Of a stretch of 64,000 bases of DNA, positions 1 through 11,433 are shown in pieces (within the stretch, counting starts at the first letter, position 1; each line of letters opens with the position of its first letter). The notes under the pieces are model-generated. The model searched no databases. It worked only from the letters and a program-made list of their open reading frames with translations, and was not told the origin of the DNA. The DNA is from the human T2T-CHM13v2.0 reference genome, Homo sapiens, in NCBI RefSeq assembly GCF_009914755.1, contig NC_060926.1; one strand, given 5' to 3'. The translations under genes and the position numbers were made by a program.

Positions 1-1059
1 ACCACCCTTGCCAGGGCCCCAAGTTTGTAAATGGCTAGGAGGATTGCTCTCCCATCATGTAAGATGCTCTCCTCCCCTGATTTTTACCCAGCTTATCCCT
101 CTGCAATACAATCTCCAAGCCTTGGCTCCTTGGCCAGGGCCTTGAAACTCATGACCCAGTACTTTAACAACTGGAACTGGGTCTATGACAACATAATAGA
201 TCAGGATGAAAGCGAATTAAGTAACTCAAGGAGAGAAGAGACAGAGAGAGAGAGAAAAGAGAGGGAGAGAGAGAAAAAGAGAGATAGAAGTAGTAAAGAA
301 AAAACAGTGCACCCTATTCCTTTAAAAGCCAGGGTAAATTTAAAACCTATAATTGATAACTGAAGGTCTTCTCTGTGACCCTATAACACTCCAATACTAC
401 CTTGTTGTCAGTGTAAACAAGGGCGTAGCCTGAAAACACTGAGACCACTGACAACACATAGCCTTCCTATCAAAAATCCTTAACCCAGTAACCCACGGAA
501 AAAGGCACATGGGATAAACAGGATCCATCTCTCAAATTTCATACCGGCAAGGACTTAATCCGGGGCAACAAAAAGTTTAAGATTGATAATTAGGGCGTAT
601 TCCTACAAGGGAAAAGGACAAAGGCCCTAGTGGGCAAAAACTCTACCTCAATCCTAACTCAAAAGGTTACCTACACCCTCTCTGAAAAGAATTTGCATAA
701 GAACTGTTGTTTATGGGAACGCATCTTGATGGGGCAGCTGGGTTGTTATAAAATACTCAGGAACCCAGCCCAGCTCTAGAACTCACCCTTGAGCGCAAAG
801 GCAATATTGGGCATGCTGGTAAAGGACCACTAGAATCCAGCAGCCCGGACCCCTTTCTTTGTGGTCAAGAAAGGTGGGAAAAGGGGTGCAGGACTGCTAC
901 ATTGGTGAGTGTAACTAATCCGATAAGCAGAGGTCCATGGGTAGTTGTACACCCTGGAAAGGAATAAGCACTAGGACCACAGAGGACGCTCTAGTCCTCT
1001 GGGATAATGCTCATTGGAAAATGACTAGAGGTGCTGGCATCCCTATGTTCTTTTTTCAG

Positions 1060-2086
1060 ATGGGACATGTTCCCCACAAGGCAAAAACGCCCCTAAGATA
1101 TATTCTGGAGAATTCGGCCCAGAGTGTATGTACCTTTTTCCCTGTCAGACTTGAAGCAAATTAAAATAGACCTAGGTAAATTATCAGATAACCCTGATGG
1201 CTATATTGATGTTTTACAAGGGTTAGAACAATGCTTTTATCGGACATAGACAGATATAATGTTGCTGCTAGATCAGACGCTAACCACAAAAGAGAGAAGT
1301 GCCACCATAACTGCAGCCAGAGAGTTTGGCAATCTCTGGTATCTCAGTCAGGTCAATGATAGGATGACAACAGAAGAAAGAGAACAATTCTCCACAGGCC
1401 AGGAGGCAGTTCCCAGTGTAGACCCTCACTGGGACGCAAAATCAGAACATGGAGATTGGTGCCGCAGACATTTGCTAACTTGCGTGCAAGAAGGCTAAGG
1501 AAAACTAGGAGGAAGACTATGAATTATTCAATGATGTCCACTATAACACAGGAAAAGGAAGAAAAATCCTACCGCCTTTCTGGAGACACTAAGGGAGGCT
1601 TTGAGAAAGCATACCTCTCTGTCGCATGACTCTATTGAGGGCCAACTAATCTTAAAGGATAAGTTTATCACTCAGTCAGCTGCAGACATTAGAACAAAAC
1701 TTCAAAAGTCCGCCTTAGGCCCGGAGCAAAACTTAGAAACCCTACTGAACTTGGCAACCTCAGTTTTTTATAATAAAGATCAGGAGGAGCAGTCAGAACG
1801 GGATAAACGGGATAAGAAAAAGGCCACCACTTTAGTCATGGTCTTCAGGCAAATGGACTTTGAAGGCTCTGGAACAGGGAAAGGCTGGGCAAATCGAATG
1901 CCTAACAGGGATTGCTTCCAGTATGGTTTACAAGGACACTTTAAAAAAGATTGTCCGAATAGAAATAAGCCTCCCCCTCGTCCATGCCCCTTATGTCAAG
2001 GGAATCATTGGAAGGCCCACTGCCCCAGGGGACGAAGGTCCTCTGAGTCAGAAGCCACTAACCAGATGATACAGCAGCAGGACTGA
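1060..2086 (+). pseudogene. gag: HERV-W gag remnant (matrix region deleted, stops and frameshifts; C-terminal 161 codons open)
   Basis: ORFs 1259-1498 and 1601-2086 give capsid (LRKHTSLS, KDKFITQSAADIRTKLQK) and NC motifs CFQYGLQGHFKKDC and CPLCQGNHWKAHC; stop TGA at 2084-2086. Confidence 0.92.
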
Positions 2087-3014
2087 GGGTGTCCGGGGCA
2101 AGCACCAGCCCACGCCATCACCCTCACAGAGCCCCGGCTATGCTTGATCATTGAGGGCCAGGAGGTTAACTGTCTCCTGGACACTGGCGCAGCTGTCTCA
2201 GTCTTACTCTCCTGTCCTGGACAACTGTCCTCCAGATCTGTCACTATCTGAGGGGATCCTAGGACAGGCAGTCACTATATACTTCTCCCAGCCACTAAGT
2301 TGTGACTGGCGAACTTTACTCTTTTCACATGTCTTTCTAATTATGCCTGAAAGCCCCACTCCTTTGTTAGGGAGAGACATCCTAGGAAAAGCAGGGGCCG
2401 TTATACACTAGAATTAGGAGAAGGAAAAAGGGTAAATATATATAAAGACTCTAAGTATGCTTACCTAACTCTCCATGCCCATGCAACAATATGGAGAGAA
2501 AGGGAATTCCTAACTTCCGAGGGAATACCTATCAAACATCAGGAAGACATTAGGAGATTATTTTTGGCTCTACAGAAACCTAAAGAGGTGGCAGTTTTAC
2601 ACTGCCAGGGTCACCAGAAAGAAAAGAAAAGAAGTAGAAGGGAACCGCCAAGCAGATATTGAAGCCAAAAGAGTTGCAAGGTAGGACCCTCCATTAGAAA
2701 TGCTTACAGAAGGACCCCTAGTATGGGGTAATCCCCTCCAGGAAACCAAGGCCCAGTACTCAGCAGAAGAAATAGAATGGGGAACCTCAAGAGTACATAG
2801 CTTCTTCCCCTCAGGATGGCTAGCCACTGAAGAAGGAAAAATACTTTTGCCTGCAGCTAACCAATGGAAATTACTTAAAACCCTTCACTAGACCTTTCAC
2901 TTAGGCATTGATAGCACCCATCAGATGGCCAAATCATTATTTACTAGACCAGGCCTTTTCAAAACTATCAAGCAGATAGTCAGGGCCTGTGAAGTGTGCC
3001 GAAGAAATAATCCC
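2087..3014 (+). pseudogene. pol: HERV-W pro-pol remnant (protease joined to RNase H; RT deleted; integrase N-terminus only)
   Basis: GCPGQAPAHAITLTEPR...VNCLLDTGA is in frame after the gag stop; PLLGRDIL; then a jump at about 2408 to LELGEGKRVNIYKDSKYAY; then H..FHLG...CEVC zinc-binding motif up to about 3000. Confidence 0.9.
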
Positions 3015-3039
3015 TGGCACTTCAGGCCTACATTTCAAT

Positions 3040-3272
3040 CCCTGTATCTTTAACCTCCTTGTTAAGTTTGTCTCTTCCAGAATCAAAGCTGTAAAATTAC
3101 AAATTGTTCTTCAAATGGAACCCCAGATGCAGTCCATGACTAAGATCTACCGTGGACCCCTGGAACAGCCTGCTAGCCCATGCTCCGATGTTAATGACAT
3201 TGAAGGCACTCCTCCTGATGAAATCTAAACTGCACGACCCCTACTATGCCCCAATACAGCAGGAAGCACTTA
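3040..3272 (+). pseudogene. env: HERV-W env C-terminal (TM cytoplasmic tail) fragment
   Basis: PCIFNLLVKFVSSRIKAVKLQIVLQMEPQMQSMTKIYRGPL...DVNDIEGTPPDEI, similar to the syncytin-1 tail; premature stop at 3226-3228. Confidence 0.92.
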
Positions 3273-3332
3273 AGAGCAGTCGTCGGCCAACCTCCCCAAC
3301 AGCACTTGGGTTTTACTGTTGAGAGGGGGGAC

Positions 3333-3667
3333 TGAGAGACAGGACTAGCTGGATTTCCTAGGCAGACTAAGAATTCCTAAGCCTAGCTGGGAAAGGTGAC
3401 CGCACCTACCTTTAAACACCGGGCTTGTAACTCAGCTCACACCTGACCAATCAGGTAGTAAAGAGGGCTCACTAAAATACAAATTAGGCTACAGCATGAG
3501 GTAAAGAAATAGTCAAATCATATATCGCCTGAGAGCACAGAGGGAGGGACAATGATCAGGATATAAACTCAGGCATTCGAGCAGGGAGCAGCAACCCCCT
3601 TTGGGTCCCCTCCCGTTGTATGGGGGCTCTGTTTTCACTCTATTAATCCTGCAAATGAAAAAAAAAA
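3333..3667 (+). mobile_element. LTR17 3' LTR, U3-R only, with poly-A tail
   Basis: Starts TGAGAGAC right after the PPT; CCAAT (ACCAATCAG) and TATA (GATATAAA); ends CTCTATTAATCCTGCAAATG then A10 at 3658-3667; no U5. Confidence 0.92.
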
Positions 3668-4032
3668 GGCAGAAGGAGAATTCATTCTCTCTTGAACTAG
3701 GACATGCATCTTCTCCTGCCCTTGGATACTGGAGATCCTGATCCTCAGGCCTTCAAACTCCAGGACTCATACCAGTGGCCTCCCACACCCCAGTTCTCAG
3801 TCCTTTGGCCTCAGACTGAGAGTTACACTATCACTTCCCCTGGTTCTCAGGCCTTCAGACTTAGGGTGAGTTACACCACCAGCTTTCCTGGTTCTCCATC
3901 TTACAGAGAGCATATGATGGGACTTCTCAGCTCCCATAATTACATTAGCCAATTCCCATAGTAAATCCCCTCTTGTCTATCTATATATATTCTATTGGTT
4001 CTATTTCTCCAGGAAACTCTAACTTATCAAAC
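3668..4032 (+). mobile_element. MLT2 (ERVL) LTR, 3' portion, interrupted by the HERV-W retrocopy
   Basis: Diagnostic blocks TCTTCTCCTGCCCTTGGA, CAGGCCTTC.GACT, GAGTTACACCACCAGCTTTCCTGGTTCTCCA, GGGACTTCTCAG and CTATTGGTTCTATTTCTC. Confidence 0.8.
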
Positions 4033-4402
4033 AGTAATTGCACTTCTAAAACTCCATCCTACAGAAATGGTTAACCATGTAGACAAAGATATATACATAA
4101 GGATGTTCACTGAATCACTAGTTATAACAGCAAAACTTTAGGAAACAAACAAAATATCTATCAATAGAAGAATGGTTACATAAATTACATTACATCTCTA
4201 CCATGAAATACTACACAAAAGTGTTTTCACTCAAGAGAGCAGAAGAGTGACTTGGTCTGTTGCATTTTAAAATGATCCCTCTAATATATTGAGGGTGGTC
4301 TGTCATAGGATGCAGAAGGAGCAATGGCAGATAGAGAATATCTGTTAAGATGCTATTATAGCAACGCAGACAAGGTATTAATGGTAGTGAGAAGTGATCT
4401 AA

Positions 4403-4428
4403 CTGTGTGTGTGTGTGTGTGTGTGTGT
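4403..4428. repeat. (TG)n microsatellite
   Basis: About 12 consecutive TG units. Confidence 0.9.
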
Positions 4429-5336
4429 ATACATACACACAAATATAGACATACACATACACAAATTTGCTGACTGACTAGATGAGAAATATGAGAAAAA
4501 GAAAGGAATTAATGATGGCCCAGAGTTTCTGGCCTGAGCTGGAACAATGGAATATTTCTATCTAACAGATGAAAAAACTAAACCACTTAGAGGTTAAAAA
4601 ACCTGTCCAAAGTCACACCAATAAAATGGTAGAGTCACTAGAATTCAGGTCCATCTGACCGTAACTCTTAATCGCTGTGCTACAATGATTTATTTGTCTA
4701 AGGAACTTCTGCATCTGTTACTGTGCCCAGTATTAGTGCGTATTTTCTTATTTAACATGAACTAATAAAAAATACTATGAGCTAGATCATTTATTAGCCA
4801 AATAAAAGTATTTTTTAGCTATATGCTTAATAATTATAAGATTTTTAAGGGACTTTTAGTCAGCAAATGACTTATTATTGAATGGCATTAATTGTCAGTG
4901 AAGATCATTACTGCCCTCCAGGATGACAAGCTTCATAAAATCTCAACACCCATTACACCCAACCTCCAATACAGGAGAGAAGACAAGCAAATTTGTTATC
5001 TGTGCTAATATGTTAAACAGAAAACTAAAATGAGATACATAAGAAATACAAAAATATGTATGCATATTAAACTTCTATGTAATCTACACCACACTTGAAT
5101 GCTCTTCTCCAACTTGAGTCAGAAGACCATGTATGGTACTCAGAATGGATTCCAAATCTAAATTGAAGAGACAGTGAAGCAAAACTCTTCTAATCATTTT
5201 AGATATTTCCATTTTATTTGTGTAGGCCTACATACCTTCTTATTTGGGTGCACTAATTATCTTTTAGGAATCTCTGACAGTGTATTAATATTAGATAAAC
5301 CTCAGGGAGGTAGGAAAATTATATAATAAAAGACAG

Positions 5337-5845
<509 letters not shown>

Positions 5846-6847
5846 GAGATGAATTTAACAGCCAGTTCAAATGCCTTTAGTCAAAAGCATGCCCAAGTTT
5901 ACTCAGCAGATGAAAAAAATCTGTAACATAAACTACACTATTCCGATATGAAGAAGAGATGTAACAGTATATTGGAAATGAGCTTTTTGCCTAGAAAAGG
6001 ATATTCAAACTCATGTCTTTGTTACTAAAAATAGTTTGGGAACTCAAGCTTTATAGTTAACTTCAAACAGATTCTGAAAACATATCTTAAGCGTTTGAAA
6101 TTAGAGGAATAACATCTATTTTTCCACTATCTTCAAACACTCAACTATAATAGACACTAGACACTTGAACATGTGATTTTAAAAACAATCATGACAAATT
6201 TCCTGCATTATGATTTAGGAAGTTTAGCCTTACCATCTCTTACCTGTTAAGACAAAAAAAAGAAAAAAACAAAACAACAACAACAAAAAAAACACCTACC
6301 ACTACCAAAAACAATGTAAAGATTATTTCCTTTCCCGTCCAGCAGGTAACAAATTAGTAGTTCTGATGGGCTATGGACCCAGAAGTTTATATTTTAAGGA
6401 CCTATACCTGGTGATGACAAGTATGCAGGAAAGAGGGTCTGAATTTCCACGATCAATGAAATGAAATTGGTTCTGAGTGTTACAATGCAGAGTATTATAG
6501 TCAACCTCATTTTAACTGAATGCTATAAATTCATTCAATTAAATGTTAGAAGCTTGGTATGAGAGGAAAAAAAAGGGCTTTAGAGTCAGAGAAATGGGTT
6601 CAAATCAAATACCCTAGTTTATTATGTAACCTTTTACAAGTCAACTTCTCTGAGCCTTGGTCTTTTCACCAATAAAATGAGGATAATACTGCCTCTAACA
6701 CCATTTTTATAAATATTAGATAAAGAAGATAAATTGAGCATGTGGCACAATGACTATCACAAAGCAATGCTCAGTCACCATTTGTTTTCTTCCTACCCCC
6801 TCTCTACTAAATGTCAGAATCTCGCCTTTAGTCAATGTCCTTCACTC

Positions 6848-7025
6848 AGTAGTGTGCTGGTTAACATTTAATAACTAGCTGTCCAGAGGGAAGAAAGCCC
6901 AGTTTATAGCACTGGTTTGTAGCACTGGCTTGTTTCTGTGGTGTAAATACTCCTACCATGGCCGATCCCAAGCATGAAGTCACTGAATGCAGAGATGTAA
7001 AGAGATGTGCAGTAGCACACCATTT
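6848..7025 (+). mobile_element. MER63-like hAT DNA transposon relic
   Basis: CAGTAGTGTGCTGGT...TAGCACACCAT inverted termini; GGTGTAAATACTCCTACCATGG core. Confidence 0.65.
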
Positions 7026-7610
7026 TTGTCTATCCCATCTGTTTTATTATCTCTACTTTGTTTTATTTTCTTCATAACACTTTTACCTTTTTAAATTATC
7101 TTGTTTAATTATTTAGATATTTGTCATCTGTTTCCTCTGACAAGAAAAAGCATCAGGAAGGCAGGCATCTTGTTTCATGCTAAGTAGTTGTAAAAATTCC
7201 CAAAAGTATTAAAAAGTGTTTAAAAAGAAAAAGACTAATTCAATCAAAACACATCCTCAATTTCAGTACAATTGCTCTTTCTGTTTGGTAAAGGAAGAAA
7301 GAATAAACATGACCAGTAACTACCAAATGCTTAAATTCAAACAGCAGACTACTTCTCCCATATCACCTAGCTCAGTCAATAAAAAGAGGCCAGACAGAGG
7401 CACTTCCGTATAAGATGTCCAACTAGAGTATCATACTAATTGAATCCAAGGCAGGCAATCTTACTATCCTTAATAAATAAATTCAGGCAGTTATTTTATG
7501 ACTATAGAAAGGGAAACAAATACTACTGTTAATAAGTTATGTATTATACTTTTTTATGTTTTATTAATCCAGCTTGTAGGCAAAGCCTCCATACCTTGAA
7601 TTTACTTTAC

Positions 7611-7806
7611 CTGCATTAATTAACATTTGCAAACATTCTACAGAGTTGTGATAAGCTGCTTCATGAATTGGCATCCATCCCCTGTTATCAGCAACATCGA
7701 CACTTCGGCCCTTTTTGAGCAGTTTCCTTAAGACTTTAACATTGCCTTCCCTGGCAGCAAGTCCAACTGTAGAGCACGTGTCCGCGTAAGCCTCTGTAAA
7801 ATCCAT
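7611..7806 (-). CDS. ASB3: Ankyrin repeat and SOCS box protein 3, first coding exon (exon spans 7611-7819; gene continues left of the window)
   Basis: [65 protein letters not shown] contains ankyrin repeats; acceptor TTTTGTAG| at 7820/7819; donor CAG|GTAAAG at 7611/7610. Confidence 0.96.
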
Positions 7807-9659
7807 TTGTTTGACCAGTCTACAAAACAAGGTAGAAGGATAATACTATAGTCAATAAAACAACACTTCACTCCTAGAGGTCAGCAAATCACGGTGGGCC
7901 TGTCTAGTATCTCTCACATGACTGACGAAGAAGGGCCCACAATACAGAAAGTGACTGCCATGCCACAGTCTCTGCTGGTGCCTAAAGCAGGAAGTTTCTC
8001 TGTTTGGCAGATTGGAATTCCTTGGAAGGTTCCCACTAAAAACATGAAGGGACTTTTAAGTGTTCTATCTTTCCTCCTCTGGAAATGTTTGAGGAGTAGG
8101 CTTCTGCTCCTGTTCATACCCCACCACAACGCATTCTTTGGTGCTCCATTGATAAGAGCACCTCTGCTTAATCCCCAGTGTACACTACATTATGCAGAGA
8201 TGGCCATTCAACTACCAGCAATGCTCAGCCTCAATATACAGCCCTCTATAGGAAACAACTAAACCCAAAGAGGCCAGAAAAGCAGTGAAAGATAGGTGTC
8301 ATTCTAGTCTTCCTGCACCTGCTTGTCCTTTCCAGAAGAGGTTAAACACTCAGATTCTCTATGCTTGACCAAATAGACCCACTGACTGAGCATACTGAAA
8401 CCAACAGAGAACACCATGAAGAGATGAGCCCGGTTTTCCTACATAGCCCAGAAAGTTCTTAACAGAGTTCTTGCCCACATCATCACCTCCCTCCAATGCT
8501 CACTTCAAGTTCCCCTCCAGTCAGAGTCCAGTATAGCTCTCATGTGACTCTCTCAAAGACACAATTTCTTGTTAGTGACTCTATGAAGCAGTTTGGATAT
8601 GGAATACTTATTTGATTACATAACTATTGTTAATTTTCTCAGATGTGATAATGGCATCACAGTTATTAGGAGAATGCCCTTATTCTTTTTTTTTAGGGAA
8701 CTTGTTCTAGGATGAATGTCCTTATTCTTATGAGACACATGTAGAGTATGTGGCAGTAAAATGTCATAACACAAGCAACTTCAAATGTTCTCCATTTAAA
8801 AGTATAAATAAAGTAAAAAGGAAGTACAGCAACTGTGCAAAATGGTAATTACTGGATCTAGATGAAAGGTATTGGTCATTACACTCTTTTTATCTGAGTT
8901 TTCTGTGTATTCAAAATTTTTCAAAAAAGAAGGGTTAGCAACCATATCAGGCAATTTGAAACCACAACTTAGAGAAAATAGGAAAAGACTTGCTTTTTTT
9001 TTTGTTTGTTTGTCTGGTAGCAGCTTCCTGCTGATTTCTTTATAAGAAAACAAATAATACCCCTTGAATCTGAGTGTTTTAGCATTCAAGATCATGGTAT
9101 AAAAATCTTCAAGAAAGAACAATCACTTGGTAAGGTTTCTGTTTTCACACACAGAGACACAGCCATGATAGTCCAAGCGAATTTCCTAAACAATATTTTG
9201 CAGCAAGAGCTCTAATGAGCAGATCTTCAAAAAATTTTAGGATCCTTGACCCCTTGGAGAAACTCATGAAAGCTGTAGTTTCCCCCTAGAAAAGTGTACA
9301 CCCCAAATTTTGTATACAAATTCAGGTTCCCCAGCTCGTTTCCAAAGCCTTTACAGGGGCCCCAAGTTAAGAACATTTGCCTGCTCTTTTGTGAACAAGC
9401 CAATGATAATACTAAAGATGAATAAATTTGTGTAAAATTTAAATATATAAACAATTCCCATTGAAATGACAGCTACTCTTTCACAAGCGTAAACTTCTAT
9501 TGTAAACTTTCTGCTTTTATTTGAAAGGCAAAAGACTTTTTTTTCAGGACATAAAATCAAATATGAATTACATTCCTCTGGCTGCTGTTATATAGGCAAA
9601 AATCTAATTTCCAAAGCAGAACAAAACGTGTTTCTAGGTGCTTTGCTACCTGCGGTGCT

Positions 9660-10520
9660 GGTACACCGCCTCCGTATCTGGACACGAGTGACGACTCCTG
9701 CTCTTTTCTCCTTCCTCGGCCCCGTTAGAAATAAGCCCAGTTCCAATTTCAGAGCCAAATAGCTCCAAAAAGCATTGTGGGTATTGTAGTTTTCTGCACA
9801 CGGGCACTAAAGGTAGGTTAGGGTGATTTACGGATGCTGCAAAAGAATCCATTGCTTACTACACCGAAGGTCAATGCCTCTTGACACCCTAATCAAGGAA
9901 ATAAAATAAAGCTGACTGAGATCCGCTCGGAAAATCTTTCTGGATCTAAACTCCCAGTGCGCTTTGCGCCCCAAGTGGCCATCGCGCCTGCGCCCCGCGC
10001 GGCCGGTTACTCGCTTACCGGAGGCTTCAGTCCCCGGCGGCGCGGCGACAGCTAGGGTTCACGGCCACTGGGGCAGAGGAGCCGCGAGAAGATGTGGGTT
10101 TTTGGTTACGGGTCCCTGATCTGGAAGGTGGATTTCCCCTATCAGGACAAGCTGGTCGGATACATCACCAACTACAGCAGGCGCTTCTGGCAGGGCAGCA
10201 CGGACCACCGCGGGGTCCCCGGCAAGGTGAGGCGCCGGTCAGCTCCCCACACTTACTGCCCCCTGACCCCTGCTCCCCAACTCCACACACAGCACCCACA
10301 CCCTAGAGAACCACACCTTAGCGCTTCATGGGGCCAAAGCACATGGCTTGGGGTAACATTTCTGTAGATTTTCCCTGCCACCTGCCCGCCATCTCTAACC
10401 CAGCCCGGGCACTCCTTCCGAAGCTGCTTAAGATGCCGGTGGTTAGTCTCTAGAGACGGCGAGAAGCGCGGGCACAGGCGCACGAGCTCGCACCAGGCTG
10501 AGTGCGGAGATGGGGACTCC
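9660..10520. promoter_or_regulatory. CHAC2 CpG-island promoter
   Basis: High CpG density; ZNF143/THAP11-type motif ACTACAATACCCACAATGC on the minus strand at 9772-9790; NRF1-like GCGCCTGCGC at 9984-9993. Confidence 0.85.
10092..10226 (+). CDS. CHAC2: Glutathione-specific gamma-glutamylcyclotransferase 2, exon 1
   Basis: [12 protein letters not shown]...[16 protein letters not shown] (ChaC FGYGSL motif); donor AAG|GTGAGG. Confidence 0.97.
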
Positions 10521-11433
10521 ATCTCTCTGCAACCTCTGCCAAAAGAAAAAAAGTCCCATTGGCGGGAAGATGAATGCTCATGTCACCACAGAGTTGAAAT
10601 AGTAAATCAAGTTGCAAATTCAGCTTTTTAGCAATTAAATTTGTTGGCATTTCTGCATTCTAGCCGACTTTCATGAGCTTGCGATTAAACGTGCATGTTA
10701 CTTCTAGGATTTCTTTACATCTTTCAAAAGTTTTATTTTCTGACACATAGGATTGCAGAATGAGTTTCCAAAATTTTCGCTGGTTATTAAGGAACTCACT
10801 TTGGTTTTCAGTACTAGTGAAGTTAAATGAAGTTCTGGTTATATGAATAACATAGTACCAAACTCATTACTATATCCAGCATTATTTTAATGTTACTTTC
10901 TTGATGGTTCTCATAATTATAATATGAAATGTAAGTTCATTGATTCACTTTTCAGTCAGTCCTACAAAGACATTAATCTCAATATATGTATAGAGAATTA
11001 GCAGCAGCTCACTGCTTATGCAAATCAGCTTTGTACTGGCTACAAAACAACTAATCCATAAAGAAAACTAAGATTGAGGTAACTAATAATTTGGAAATTG
11101 GTCAATGGAAAGTGGAAAAGATCAAGGCGCTAAAGTAGTTTGCACCTGCTCATAAGAGAGACATGGGATTAAAATCACGAAAAGAACCTGAATTAGAAAC
11201 CATTCTATCTCAACTAGAGTTGGTCAGTTAAGAACTTGGCTTTTAAGTAGACTATACTGGCCTATTGGGATGTTGGACACAGTGACCTGAAAAGGGGCAA
11301 TGGCTTAGGATAAATGCACATTTACAGATCAACAGAAATGTCATGGCCAAAGTATCTCCAAGAATGTTCTAGAACAATATTCAAGACATTAAAGAACTAA
11401 GCTAAATTAAATGGCTTCTGAGTTGTCAGTTTT

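Larger units (their letters stand above)
1..3667 (+). mobile_element. HERV-W (HERV17) processed pseudogene, internally deleted; 5' end lies outside the window
   Basis: AG-rich pre-gag leader; gag start ATG at 1060 (MGHVPHKAKTPLRYILEN); CA/NC; protease LLDTGA; RNase H; integrase HHCC; env cytoplasmic tail; PPT GAGAGGGGGGAC at 3321-3332; LTR starting TGAGAGACAGGACTAGCTGG that stops at the end of R and is followed by A10. Confidence 0.95.

Noticed and set aside
31-363. 110-aa ORF with an E/R/K-rich stretch
   Set aside because: It is a translation of the HERV-W leader and its AG-rich repeat; there is no evidence of an independent gene.
7894-8262. 122-codon plus-strand ORF
   Set aside because: GTG start, no recognisable domain and no splice support; lies antisense in the ASB3 intron.
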